64,000 nt of DNA from Winogradskyella sp. (GCA_965250025.1 OZ252283.1:2050121-2114120), one strand, 5' to 3'; counted from the first letter of the stretch, positions 27,474 through 37,240 are shown. Translations and numbers: made by a program. The notes: generated by a model from the letters alone, not told the origin.

Positions 27474-29267
27474 ATGATGAAACAGTTTTACACACTTATA
27501 CTCACCCTTTTTTCAATTATTGGAGCCTTCGGACAAATCCCGCCCGGATATTACGATTCGGCAACCGGGACCGGTTATGCGCTTAAAAGTCAATTAAAGG
27601 TTATCATTACTAATGGCCATACATGGGATGCAGGCAGTTACGATGACCTGTTCAATGCATATACCTTATCTGATATAGACAATTACTATGAAGATGATGG
27701 TACGATATTAGACATCTACTCTGAAAACCCAACAGGTTCAGAAATTGCATTCTCAACATCAGATCAGTGTGGTGGAAATATCCCAAACGAGGGCTTATGT
27801 TATAATAGAGAACATGTATTTCCTCAAGGCTTTTTCAATAATAACGACAACCTTCCAATGGTCTCAGACATTCACCACGTTATTCCTACTGATGGTTTTG
27901 TTAATAATGGTCGTAGCAATTACCCTTTTGGTGTTGTGACTAATCCAAATACGACTTACGCTAATGGTTCGCGCTGGGGTACCGGAAATAATTATGGTTA
28001 TACGGGAAGGGTCTTTGAACCTATAGATGAGTTCAAAGGTGATATTGCACGTATATTATTATACTTTGCAGTAAGATATGAAGACAATTGGAACGATTCC
28101 GGATGGGATTCTCATACAACTCAGAACAATCCTTTAAATGGTACCAGCGATCAGTTCTATGAAACCTGGGTGATAAATACCCTTTTAGATTGGCACAATG
28201 CAGATCCGGTGTCACCACGTGAAGTAGATCGAAACAATGCCGCTTATAATTTTCAGGGTAACAGAAACCCGTTTATAGATAATCCAGGTTATGCGAATGC
28301 CATATGGGATGCTGATCCTGATACGACACCGCCTACTGCACCTACCAATTTAATGGTCACTAACGTAACCAGCAATACTGCAGATTTATCGTGGACAGCA
28401 GGTACAGATGATATGGGTATTGTTTCGCACAACATTTATATTAATGGTACTCTAAGTGGTTCAAGTGCTTCTTCAAACCCATCGTTTACAGCATCAGGCT
28501 TATCCCCCGAAACTAATTATTGTTTTAGAGTATCTGCAGTGGATGCTGCCGGAAACGAATCGCCATTAAGCAATGAGGTTTGTGTTACTACAGGCACAGG
28601 ACCTGGAGGCAATTGTCTTGATGAAGATTTTTCAAACGTACCCGGTAGCTCAAGTAGTTATTCTGACAGAACCTGGACCGGTAATGATGGTAAAACATTT
28701 AATGCTACTGATGCAAGAACGGATCAAAATCTGGATGGAAAAGCCATAACCATAAGAAATGGGTCTTTAGAAATCACACCAATGAATAACGAGTATATTG
28801 ACGAATTAACGGTAACCACACAACGGGTTTTTGGCGGAAGTTCCGGAACTTTTGATTTGGTCATTAATGGTAGTACCGTAGGTACCATTCCATATAGTGA
28901 TACTGCTACTACGACAACAATTCCTGTAGATATTAATAACATTACATCATTAGTAATCAATAATAACAGTGTTGCTTCAAACAGAGTCATGTTCGACAAC
29001 CTCTCATGGACCTGTGGGCTACTCAATGTTAATGAAACTGATATCAGCAACATTCAGGTTTATCCTAACCCTGTTGATGGTGATTTTGTATATGTCAACA
29101 CTAAGGAATCTATCAATTATCAGGTTTATAGCATATTAGGAAAATTGGTGCTTAAAGGTACAACGACCCAAGGTCAAATAAAGGTTGGTGGCCTTAGTAA
29201 AGGTGTATACCTTATAAAGATCGTTATAAAGAATCAAACCAAAAGTCTTAAACTGATTAAGCAATAG
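27474..29267 (+). CDS. Secreted endonuclease I family nuclease with FN3 domain and T9SS C-terminal sorting domain
   Basis: Endonuclease-I blocks CYNREHVFPQGFF and DIHHVIPTDGFVNNGRSNYPFG. FN3 (PTNLMVTNVTSNTADLSWTAG..). CTD ..GVYLIKIVIKNQTKSLKLIKQ. Confidence 0.8.
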   Translation: MMKQFYTLILTLFSIIGAFGQIPPGYYDSATGTGYALKSQLKVIITNGHTWDAGSYDDLFNAYTLSDIDNYYEDDGTILDIYSENPTGSEIAFSTSDQCGGNIPNEGLCYNREHVFPQGFFNNNDNLPMVSDIHHVIPTDGFVNNGRSNYPFGVVTNPNTTYANGSRWGTGNNYGYTGRVFEPIDEFKGDIARILLYFAVRYEDNWNDSGWDSHTTQNNPLNGTSDQFYETWVINTLLDWHNADPVSPREVDRNNAAYNFQGNRNPFIDNPGYANAIWDADPDTTPPTAPTNLMVTNVTSNTADLSWTAGTDDMGIVSHNIYINGTLSGSSASSNPSFTASGLSPETNYCFRVSAVDAAGNESPLSNEVCVTTGTGPGGNCLDEDFSNVPGSSSSYSDRTWTGNDGKTFNATDARTDQNLDGKAITIRNGSLEITPMNNEYIDELTVTTQRVFGGSSGTFDLVINGSTVGTIPYSDTATTTTIPVDINNITSLVINNNSVASNRVMFDNLSWTCGLLNVNETDISNIQVYPNPVDGDFVYVNTKESINYQVYSILGKLVLKGTTTQGQIKVGGLSKGVYLIKIVIKNQTKSLKLIKQ

Positions 29268-29287
29268 TCTTTATAAAACAGTCATTG

Positions 29288-29318
29288 AAAAGCACAGCTA
29301 CAGAAGCTGTGCTTTTTT
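29288..29318 (+). terminator. Rho-independent terminator of the nuclease gene
   Basis: 9-bp stem agcacagct / agctgtgct with a 5-nt loop and a T6 run. Confidence 0.75.
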
Positions 29319-29387
29319 GTTCAAAACCTGTTGAATAACTTCACCAATTCGCAGTGACTTTTTATACTAGAATCTCTTAAAATAAAT

Positions 29388-29395
29388 TAACTTTG
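29388..29395 (+). promoter_or_regulatory. -7 promoter element (TAACTTTG) for purL
   Basis: Exact TAnnTTTG, 26 nt upstream of ATG 29421. Confidence 0.45.
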
Positions 29396-29420
29396 TGTTT
29401 TTATTTTTCACATCAAAATC

Positions 29421-32400
29421 ATGACAATGATCCACTTCTTTGGAAACGTAAACAGCAAAGTATTTGCTGTTCAAACAGCAGAAGAATTATCCACTGAAAC
29501 CATCTCAAAACTTATATGGTTATTTGGCAACCAGCCCAAAATAGAACAAGCATCCTTAGATGCTTTTTTTGTTGGTCCCAGAGCAGCCATGATTACGCCA
29601 TGGAGTACTAATGCCGTTGAGATTACTCAAAATATGGGCATCTCGGGCATCGTTCGAATAGAGGAATTCCAATCCGTTTCTAAAGATGACCAAAATTTTG
29701 ATCCTATGATCTCGGAAAAATTCAATGGTCTGGATCAGAATATTTTCGATATTGACATTGAACCGGAAGCTATTAAGAACATTGAAAATATTGCAGCATA
29801 TAATGAGCAGGAAGGTTTGGCACTCAGTGAAGAAGAGATTACGTATTTAGAGAATGTTTCCAAAACTATCGGTCGACCATTGACAGATTCTGAAGTTTTT
29901 GGGTTTTCGCAAGTGAATTCAGAGCACTGCAGACATAAAATATTTAACGGTACATTTGTCATTGATGGTATAGAGCAGCCGACATCTTTATTCAAATTGA
30001 TTAAAGAAACCTCAAAGCAAAATCCTAACACTATTGTTTCTGCATACAAAGACAATGTTGCATTTATAAAAGGTCCAATTGTAGAACAGTTTGCACCGAC
30101 ACGAGCAGATATTCCGGATTATTATACGACTAAAGATTTTGAATCCGTCATCTCACTAAAAGCAGAAACTCACAACTTTCCAACTACAGTAGAACCTTTT
30201 AATGGTGCTGCTACCGGTTCGGGTGGAGAGATCAGAGACCGACTGGCCGGAGGAAAAGGTTCCATTCCTTTAGCAGGAACTGCGGTATACATGACCTCAT
30301 ATTCTCGTTTGGAAGAGGAACGCCCATGGGAAAAAGCCTTTGAAGAACGTCAATGGCTGTATCAAACACCGATGGATATTTTAATTAAAGCTTCAAATGG
30401 CGCTTCAGACTTTGGAAATAAATTCGGTCAACCTTTAATATGTGGATCGGTATTGACATTCGAACATCAAGAAAACGATCACAATATAGGTTATGATAAA
30501 GTTATCATGCAAGCCGGAGGTATTGGTTACGGTAAAGCAGATCAGGCCATAAAAGAAATTCCAAAAACCGGAGATCAGATCGTTATCCTCGGTGGTGATA
30601 ATTACCGAATCGGTATGGGAGGTGCCGCAGTATCATCGGCAGATACAGGTGAGTTCTCTTCAGGTATTGAACTCAATGCTGTACAGCGTTCTAACCCTGA
30701 GATGCAAAAACGTGCTGCCAATGCTGTAAGAGGTATGGTAGAAAGCAATGATAATCATATCGTTTCTATTCACGATCACGGTGCTGGTGGTCACCTGAAT
30801 TGTTTATCAGAACTGGTAGAAGATACCGGAGGACATATTGATCTGGATCGATTGCCTGTAGGTGATCAAACCCTCTCTGCTAAAGAAATTATAGGCAATG
30901 AATCTCAGGAACGCATGGGCTTGGTAATTGCAGAAGCGCATATGGCTACCTTAGAAAAAATAGCGCAACGAGAGCGTTCACCTATTTATAATGTTGGAAG
31001 CGTTACAGGAGAACACCGTTTCACATTTGAATCCAAGTCTAAAGGTGATAAACCTATGGACTTGGCTTTAAGTGATATGTTTGGAAGCTCTCCCAAAACC
31101 ATTATGAACGATACTACCCTTGAAAAAAACTATGATGCCGTATCGTACCATTCAGATCATTTTTACGATTATTTAGACCAATTATTACAACTTGAAGCTG
31201 TAGCCTGTAAAGATTGGCTAACCAATAAAGTAGATCGCTGTGTAGGTGGAAAAGTAGCAAAGCAGCAATGCGCAGGTCCTCTACAACTTCCCTTGAATAA
31301 TGTTGGTGTTATGGCTTTAGACTACAAGGGTAAAGAAGGTATTGCAACTTCTATAGGACATTCACCGATTTCCGGACTTATCGACCCTGAAGCCGGCAGT
31401 AAAAATTCAATAACAGAAGCCTTAACCAACATCATGTGGGCACCGTTAAAAGAGGGGCTCAAAAGTGTATCATTATCTGCCAACTGGATGTGGCCATGTA
31501 AAAACGAAGGTGAAGATGCCCGCTTGTACAAAGCAGTTAAAGCTGTTTCAGACTTTTCTATTGCTTTGGGCATTAATGTTCCAACAGGAAAGGACTCGTT
31601 ATCCATGAAACAAAAATATCCGGATGGTGATGTTCTGGCTCCGGGTACTGTAATCATTTCGGCAGCTGCCAATTGTAATGATATTGCAAAGGTTGTAGAG
31701 CCGGTATTTCAACAGGGCAAAGGTGACATTTATTACATCAATCTTTCTCAGGAAGATTATCAACTGGGCGGAAGTTCGTTCGCACAAATTGTAAACAAAA
31801 TAGGAAACCATGCACCTGGTATAAAAAGTGCAGATTATGTAAAAACGGTTTTCAATACCATTCAAAAGCTTATAAAAGAGGATCAGATTGTAGCAGGTCA
31901 TGATGTGGCTTCGGGCGGACTCATTACAACACTACTGGAGTTATGCTTTGCTGATAATAATCTGGGAGCCGAACTCGATATTACGGCTTTAGGAGAAAAC
32001 GATGCTTTAAAAGTCCTCTTTGCAGAGAACTCGGGAATCGTATTTCAGGCAAAAGATACATCTATAGAAAATGAATTGTCCAAAGCTAATATCGAATTCT
32101 TTAACCTTGGAAAGGTAACGGCCTCTGATGTTCTAAGTGTCATAAACGGTAGCGAAGTGTTTACCATGACCATATCTCGACTAAGAGATCAGTGGTTTAA
32201 AACCTCTTACCTACTCGATCAAAAGCAAACCGCAAATGGTTTAGCGGAAGATCGCTACACCAATTACAAACACCAACCTTTACAATATCTGTTCCCTGAA
32301 CATTTTACGGGTAAGTTACCAGTTATTGATACTACCAAACCCAGACCTAAAGCTGCCATTTTAAGAGAAAAAGGCAGTAACTCTGAACGTGAAATGGCTA

Positions 32401-33089
32401 ATGCCATGTATTTGGCAGGGTTTGATGTAAAAGACGTGCACATGACCGATTTGATTTCAGGGCGAGAAACTCTTGAAGATATCCAATTTATCGGAGCGGT
32501 TGGGGGATTCTCCAATTCTGACGTTCTGGGGTCTGCAAAAGGCTGGGCAGGTGCTTTTAAGTATAATGAGAAAGCTAATACCGCATTAAAAAAGTTCTTT
32601 GAAAGAGAAGACACCTTATCTGTCGGTATATGTAATGGTTGCCAGTTATGGATGGAATTGGATCTCATAAATCCGGAACATGAAGTTCATGGGAAAATGA
32701 CCTACAATGACTCTCAAAAGCACGAAAGCGGATTTACTTCCGTAAAAATTCAGGAGAATAACTCGATCATGTTATCATCTCTTGCCGAAAGCACATTGGG
32801 GGTATGGATATCTCATGGTGAAGGGAAGTTTAAATTACCCTATTCAGAAGACAAATACCAAATTGTAGCGAAATACGGTTATGAAGCTTATCCGGCCAAC
32901 CCTAACGGTTCGGATTATAATACAGCTATGATGTGCGACAAAACCGGGCGCCATTTGGTAACTATGCCACATATAGAACGATCAACCTTTCAATGGAATT
33001 GGGCTAACTATCCGGAAGGAAGAAAAGATGAAGTATCACCCTGGCTGGAAGCATTTGTCAATGCCAGAGTATGGCTTGAGAATAACTAA
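29421..33089 (+). CDS. purL: Phosphoribosylformylglycinamidine synthase, single-chain large form
   Basis: 1222 aa with FGAM synthetase blocks (NSEHCRHKIF, TGSGGEIRD, SIHDHGAGG). C-terminal glutaminase domain with GICNGCQ and HGEG. The start could be ATG 29427 instead. Confidence 0.95.
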   Translation: MTMIHFFGNVNSKVFAVQTAEELSTETISKLIWLFGNQPKIEQASLDAFFVGPRAAMITPWSTNAVEITQNMGISGIVRIEEFQSVSKDDQNFDPMISEKFNGLDQNIFDIDIEPEAIKNIENIAAYNEQEGLALSEEEITYLENVSKTIGRPLTDSEVFGFSQVNSEHCRHKIFNGTFVIDGIEQPTSLFKLIKETSKQNPNTIVSAYKDNVAFIKGPIVEQFAPTRADIPDYYTTKDFESVISLKAETHNFPTTVEPFNGAATGSGGEIRDRLAGGKGSIPLAGTAVYMTSYSRLEEERPWEKAFEERQWLYQTPMDILIKASNGASDFGNKFGQPLICGSVLTFEHQENDHNIGYDKVIMQAGGIGYGKADQAIKEIPKTGDQIVILGGDNYRIGMGGAAVSSADTGEFSSGIELNAVQRSNPEMQKRAANAVRGMVESNDNHIVSIHDHGAGGHLNCLSELVEDTGGHIDLDRLPVGDQTLSAKEIIGNESQERMGLVIAEAHMATLEKIAQRERSPIYNVGSVTGEHRFTFESKSKGDKPMDLALSDMFGSSPKTIMNDTTLEKNYDAVSYHSDHFYDYLDQLLQLEAVACKDWLTNKVDRCVGGKVAKQQCAGPLQLPLNNVGVMALDYKGKEGIATSIGHSPISGLIDPEAGSKNSITEALTNIMWAPLKEGLKSVSLSANWMWPCKNEGEDARLYKAVKAVSDFSIALGINVPTGKDSLSMKQKYPDGDVLAPGTVIISAAANCNDIAKVVEPVFQQGKGDIYYINLSQEDYQLGGSSFAQIVNKIGNHAPGIKSADYVKTVFNTIQKLIKEDQIVAGHDVASGGLITTLLELCFADNNLGAELDITALGENDALKVLFAENSGIVFQAKDTSIENELSKANIEFFNLGKVTASDVLSVINGSEVFTMTISRLRDQWFKTSYLLDQKQTANGLAEDRYTNYKHQPLQYLFPEHFTGKLPVIDTTKPRPKAAILREKGSNSEREMANAMYLAGFDVKDVHMTDLISGRETLEDIQFIGAVGGFSNSDVLGSAKGWAGAFKYNEKANTALKKFFEREDTLSVGICNGCQLWMELDLINPEHEVHGKMTYNDSQKHESGFTSVKIQENNSIMLSSLAESTLGVWISHGEGKFKLPYSEDKYQIVAKYGYEAYPANPNGSDYNTAMMCDKTGRHLVTMPHIERSTFQWNWANYPEGRKDEVSPWLEAFVNARVWLENN

Positions 33090-33192
33090 TTTTATTATTT
33101 TTTGCTAGAGTAGCTATTGAATCTATACGAATTGTAGGGTAAATTTATATATTTTCGTAAATTCCCATACTAATTTATATTGCTACAATTAA

Positions 33193-34965
33193 ATGACAGA
33201 CGTAAAACGCCTTTTTGACTTTCCATATTATCAATTAGAAAATAAACCTACTAATGCCGCATTAGTCACCAAATATAATGGTGTATGGCAATCCATGTCT
33301 ACACAAGAATATGTTGACAAGGCAAATGCTGTGAGTAGAGCACTATTACGCTTGGGAGTTAAAAAGGATGATAAAATTGCGGTCATATCCTCAACAAACA
33401 GAACCGAATGGAATATTATGGATATCGGCGTATTGCAACTGGGCGCACAAAATATTCCTATATACCCAACCATTTCTGCTGAAGACTATGAATACGTACT
33501 CAATCACAGTGAATCTATCTACTGCTTTGTCTCTGATGAAGAAGTTTTAGAAAAGGTCAATAAAATAAAGTCAAAGACAAAACTCAAAGACGTTTATTCG
33601 TTTGATCATATCAAAGGTTGTAAACATTATTCAGAGTTATTCGAATTGGGTAAAGACGACAGCAATCAACAAGAAGTTGAAGCCTGTAAAGCAGTTGTAG
33701 CTCCTGATGATTTAGCAACCATTATTTATACTTCAGGAACTACAGGAAAACCCAAAGGCGTAATGCTCTCACATTGGAATATTACAAGTAATGCTTTAGA
33801 TGCATCTCTACGTCTCCCTAAGATTGATGGGGAAACCAGAATTTTAAGCTTCTTACCCATTTGTCATATTTTTGAACGCGTCCTCATTTATATATATCAA
33901 TATGCGGGCACAAGCATATACTTTGCCGAAGGTTTAGATAAGATTGGTGATAATGCCAAAGAAATTAAGCCCAATCTCATGAGCGTTGTACCAAGGTTAC
34001 TCGAGAAGGTATTTGATAAGATTATGCTGAAAGCCGAAGACCTGTCTGGAATAAAATTTAAATTATTCCATTGGGCTGTTGCTCTTGGTGAAAAATGGCA
34101 ACCCTATAAAGCCAATGGCTGGTGGTATGAATTTAAGTTAGGTATTGCCCGTAAGTTAATTTTCAGCAAATGGCAAGCCGCCTTGGGGGGTGAGCTATCT
34201 GTAATGGTTTCCGGAAGTGCCGCTTTACAACCGCGATTATCAAGAATTTTTTGTGCAGCTGGGATGCAAGTCATGGAAGGTTATGGCCTAACTGAAACCT
34301 CTCCTGTGGTGGCTGTAGGCATGTACAGGGATCATCATTTTAGAATAGGTACTGTGGGTAAGCCCATAAGAAATGTTGAAGTAAAAATTGCAGAAGATGG
34401 TGAGATACTCATCAAAGGTCCTAATGTAATGCTCGGTTACTATAAAGATAAAGAACGAACAGCTTCGGTAATGACAGGAGATTACTTCCATACCGGAGAT
34501 AAAGGCGAAATAGACAATGACGGATTTTTAAAGATCACCGGACGTAAAAAGGAAATGTTTAAAACATCGGGAGGTAAATACGTTATCCCTACACTATTAG
34601 AAAATGAATTAAAACAATCCCGATTTATAGAGCAGGTTATGGTTGTTGGTGAAGGCGAAAAAATGCCAGCCGCTATCATACAACCTAATTTTGAATTTAT
34701 CAGAGACTGGATCGATCATAAAGGTAAAGATATTGGGACTTCTGAAAAAGAGATTGCGACTTCTGAAGTCATTATTAAGCGTATTCAGAAAGAAGTTGAC
34801 AAGTGCAATGTCCAATTTGGTAAATGGGAACAAATCAAACGATTTGAATTAACTCCTGAGGCATGGACTATCGATGATGGTCACCTTACACCGACTATGA
34901 AAATGAAACGCTCTGTGATCAAAGAGATTTATATCGATTTATACAATAAAATCTATCAAAATTAA
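33193..34965 (+). CDS. Long-chain-fatty-acid--CoA ligase (AMP-dependent synthetase)
   Basis: AMP-binding motif IIYTSGTTGKPKGVMLSH plus GYGLTET and TGD.G..D.DGFL.ITGRKKE. Confidence 0.85.
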   Translation: MTDVKRLFDFPYYQLENKPTNAALVTKYNGVWQSMSTQEYVDKANAVSRALLRLGVKKDDKIAVISSTNRTEWNIMDIGVLQLGAQNIPIYPTISAEDYEYVLNHSESIYCFVSDEEVLEKVNKIKSKTKLKDVYSFDHIKGCKHYSELFELGKDDSNQQEVEACKAVVAPDDLATIIYTSGTTGKPKGVMLSHWNITSNALDASLRLPKIDGETRILSFLPICHIFERVLIYIYQYAGTSIYFAEGLDKIGDNAKEIKPNLMSVVPRLLEKVFDKIMLKAEDLSGIKFKLFHWAVALGEKWQPYKANGWWYEFKLGIARKLIFSKWQAALGGELSVMVSGSAALQPRLSRIFCAAGMQVMEGYGLTETSPVVAVGMYRDHHFRIGTVGKPIRNVEVKIAEDGEILIKGPNVMLGYYKDKERTASVMTGDYFHTGDKGEIDNDGFLKITGRKKEMFKTSGGKYVIPTLLENELKQSRFIEQVMVVGEGEKMPAAIIQPNFEFIRDWIDHKGKDIGTSEKEIATSEVIIKRIQKEVDKCNVQFGKWEQIKRFELTPEAWTIDDGHLTPTMKMKRSVIKEIYIDLYNKIYQN

Positions 34966-34986
34966 TCACTGCCGCACCTCTTATCG

Positions 34987-35000
34987 GTTCTTTTTTCAGA
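34987..35000 (+). repeat. Intergenic direct repeat GTTCTTTTTTCAGA, copy A
   Basis: Identical 14-mer at 35085-35098. Both copies are followed, at different distances, by ACCTGT(G/A)AA. Confidence 0.7.
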
Positions 35001-35084
35001 TCTAAAGCATACTAAACACCTGTGAAGTATACTGTTGAATAGCCTTTATTTTATAGGGTTTTATACCTTTTTAGTCCTTTTTTC

Positions 35085-35098
35085 GTTCTTTTTTCAGA
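35085..35098 (+). repeat. Intergenic direct repeat GTTCTTTTTTCAGA, copy B
   Basis: See copy A. The two copies are offset by 98 bp. Confidence 0.7.
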
Positions 35099-35131
35099 CC
35101 TGTAAAAGTTTTTATTTGCCTCTGATCTGGA

Positions 35132-35139
35132 TAGCTTTG
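35132..35139 (+). promoter_or_regulatory. -7 promoter element (TAGCTTTG)
   Basis: Exact TAnnTTTG, 27 nt upstream of ATG 35166. Confidence 0.4.
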
Positions 35140-35165
35140 CTAAACAATTTTAAATTTTATCAATC

Positions 35166-35606
35166 ATGAAAAGATCAATTCAATTATTCACGTGCTTATT
35201 TGTATTTATATCCTTTTGCACTCAGGCGCAGCAAAACAGCCAAAGCAGCTACAAATACCGTACTGGTCAGCACCAATGCAACTCTACTTCTTCTGTGAGA
35301 ACTATAGAGCTAGACAAGAGTTCTAACAAAAAAGACATTAAAATCGATGTTACAGACAACGCCAAAGCCATGTCAGTTGCTGTAAATAGCACTATAAATT
35401 CCGGGTTGTTGACCATAGAAATATACGATCCTAATGGCGACAAGAAAGGTCATTTTTCCATTGAAGCAGCTGGCGATAAAACAGAGTTAGTGTCTGGTCA
35501 GATGCAGAAACATTTCGAAACTCCCATGAAAGGTGACTGGGTCGTAAAGCTAATTCCCAAAAAGGTATCTGGAGACATCTCTATTTGCACTTCAACGAAT
35601 CAGTAG
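35166..35606 (+). CDS. Small secreted beta-sandwich-like protein, function unknown
   Basis: Signal peptide (..FCTQAQQ), 146 aa, beta-rich (LLTIEIYDPNGDKKGHFSIEA). No motif I recognise. Confidence 0.4.
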   Translation: MKRSIQLFTCLFVFISFCTQAQQNSQSSYKYRTGQHQCNSTSSVRTIELDKSSNKKDIKIDVTDNAKAMSVAVNSTINSGLLTIEIYDPNGDKKGHFSIEAAGDKTELVSGQMQKHFETPMKGDWVVKLIPKKVSGDISICTSTNQ

Positions 35607-35628
35607 CATATCAATCAACCCTATCCAC

Positions 35629-36636
35629 ATGCATTTAAAGAACCTTGTTTTTTTGCAATTATTTATAGTATCAGTTAGTCTTAATTGCTATTCTCAATCA
35701 CAATCAAAAAACGAGCAGTTTATTCGAGGTAAACTACAGCTAGACTCTATTTGGGAACCTGTAGTTTACCTTTCTCAAATACCCGCCTTTAAAGACATGT
35801 ATACCATGTCGAATGAAATGATCATTGCTGAAGCAAAAATTGACAGTACCGGTGCTTTTCATTTCCCTGCCAAAGTCCTCCCTAATGACGATTATATCTA
35901 CAGAATTCACCTCTCAAAAAAGGAAGCTCCACCTGCTTCATTGATCATAGGAGGTCAAGAAGAAAATCATATTTTCTTTATAGCCAATCGCAATTCAGAT
36001 ATAAATATCCGTAATACAGTCGGCAATGGCTTATTTGGTGAATATCATATTGAAGGCTACCGTCCAAATGACGATCTTAAAATCATCAACACCATTATCA
36101 ATAAAGCTGAAGTCACAGATCTTAAAGAAAGTGCACTCAAAAAAGAGTTTGTTGATAAAACATTACATGAGCAGTTGCGACACATAGCAGATACCAGCGC
36201 TCACCCCATAGTGTCTTTATATGCTTTAAATCATAGCAAGTTTGAATCCACATTTTTAGAGCATCAGAAATTCTACGAAACTTATCTTGAAAAATGGGAA
36301 ACTGAAAACTCATCTTACTTTAAAGAATTGAGAAACAAACTTCCTAAAAGTGAACCCTCTTCCTTATTATGGTATATTATAATTGGTATTAGCTTTTTTG
36401 CTTTGGGTTATATTATTAATTATAACCTTGTATCAAAACGAAAAAAGAATGACAACCCTCTAAAATCATTAAGTGTTCAGGAACGAAAAATATTTATGCT
36501 TATCCAATCGGGCAAATCGAATAAAGAAATATCCGAAGTATGCAATATAGGGTTGAGTACCGTAAAAAGCCACGTCAGTAATATTTATTCAAAATTGAAT
36601 ATAAAATCCCGAAAAGAGGCGATGAATATTAAATAA
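35629..36636 (+). CDS. Membrane-tethered LuxR-family transcriptional regulator (extracytoplasmic N-domain, one TM helix, C-terminal HTH)
   Basis: Signal or anchor sequence, ~230-aa non-cytoplasmic domain, TM LLWYIIIGISFFALGYIINYNLV, then LuxR HTH LSVQERKIFMLIQSGKSNKEISEVCNIGLSTVKSHVSNIYSKLNIKSRKEA. Confidence 0.7.
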   Translation: MHLKNLVFLQLFIVSVSLNCYSQSQSKNEQFIRGKLQLDSIWEPVVYLSQIPAFKDMYTMSNEMIIAEAKIDSTGAFHFPAKVLPNDDYIYRIHLSKKEAPPASLIIGGQEENHIFFIANRNSDINIRNTVGNGLFGEYHIEGYRPNDDLKIINTIINKAEVTDLKESALKKEFVDKTLHEQLRHIADTSAHPIVSLYALNHSKFESTFLEHQKFYETYLEKWETENSSYFKELRNKLPKSEPSSLLWYIIIGISFFALGYIINYNLVSKRKKNDNPLKSLSVQERKIFMLIQSGKSNKEISEVCNIGLSTVKSHVSNIYSKLNIKSRKEAMNIK

Positions 36637-36764
36637 AAACAAGTTATAAAATGCATTTCAACAAATGCATACATCTCACTAATAGGGCTTTACACTGTTT
36701 AAAAATCAATTATTTAGTTAAAAAATTATATATTTATCATTAATAACTAAATAAAACTAACAAA

Positions 36765-37157
36765 ATGAAAATTAAGAACTTTTTAGTCGGTGGTATCATC
36801 GGCGGTATAGTAGATTGGCTTTTAGGCTGGTTATTCTATGGGATTTTACTTAAAGACTTTTTTCCACAACCCGAAGAAAGTACCACTACCATGGTTTACA
36901 TTCTTTTAGGATGTATCTTCTTTGGTCTGTTTATTGCCTTTATTTATACCAAGTGGGCGCAAATAACCACCTTTGCTACAGGAGCAAAAGGCGGTGCTGT
37001 TCTAGGATTGCTGTTAGGCATATTCTATAATTTCTTCAATTTGGCAATGATGCCCGGAGCCACATATGAAACCTTCGCTGTAGATGTAGCAGTCACTACT
37101 GTTATGACAACAATAGTAGGTGGCGTTATTGGTGCCATTAACGGAAAACTAGGTTAA
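36765..37157 (+). CDS. Small polytopic membrane protein (DUF1761-like?)
   Basis: 130 aa, G-rich TM helices (VGGIIGGIVDWLLGWLFYGILL..). Confidence 0.4.
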   Translation: MKIKNFLVGGIIGGIVDWLLGWLFYGILLKDFFPQPEESTTTMVYILLGCIFFGLFIAFIYTKWAQITTFATGAKGGAVLGLLLGIFYNFFNLAMMPGATYETFAVDVAVTTVMTTIVGGVIGAINGKLG

Positions 37158-37240
37158 TAAAATAACGATAAATGGTAGTAAGAACCTACCATAAGCTTAG
37201 GATGCGTTAGTTACTTAGATCGTCTTAAGCATTATTATAC

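Noticed and set aside
29319-29420. Possible purine or ZTP riboswitch in the purL leader.
   Set aside because: The predicted -7 box (29388-29395) leaves only a ~20-nt leader. The upstream 70 nt show none of the conserved purine-riboswitch or ZTP (pfl) motifs that I can recognise.
33130-33175. Imperfect inverted repeat GGGTAAATTTA..TAAATTCCC upstream of the acyl-CoA ligase gene, considered as a second fad operator.
   Set aside because: It needs a 1-nt bulge, is entirely AT-rich apart from the GGG/CCC ends, and bears no resemblance to the marR-operon palindromes.
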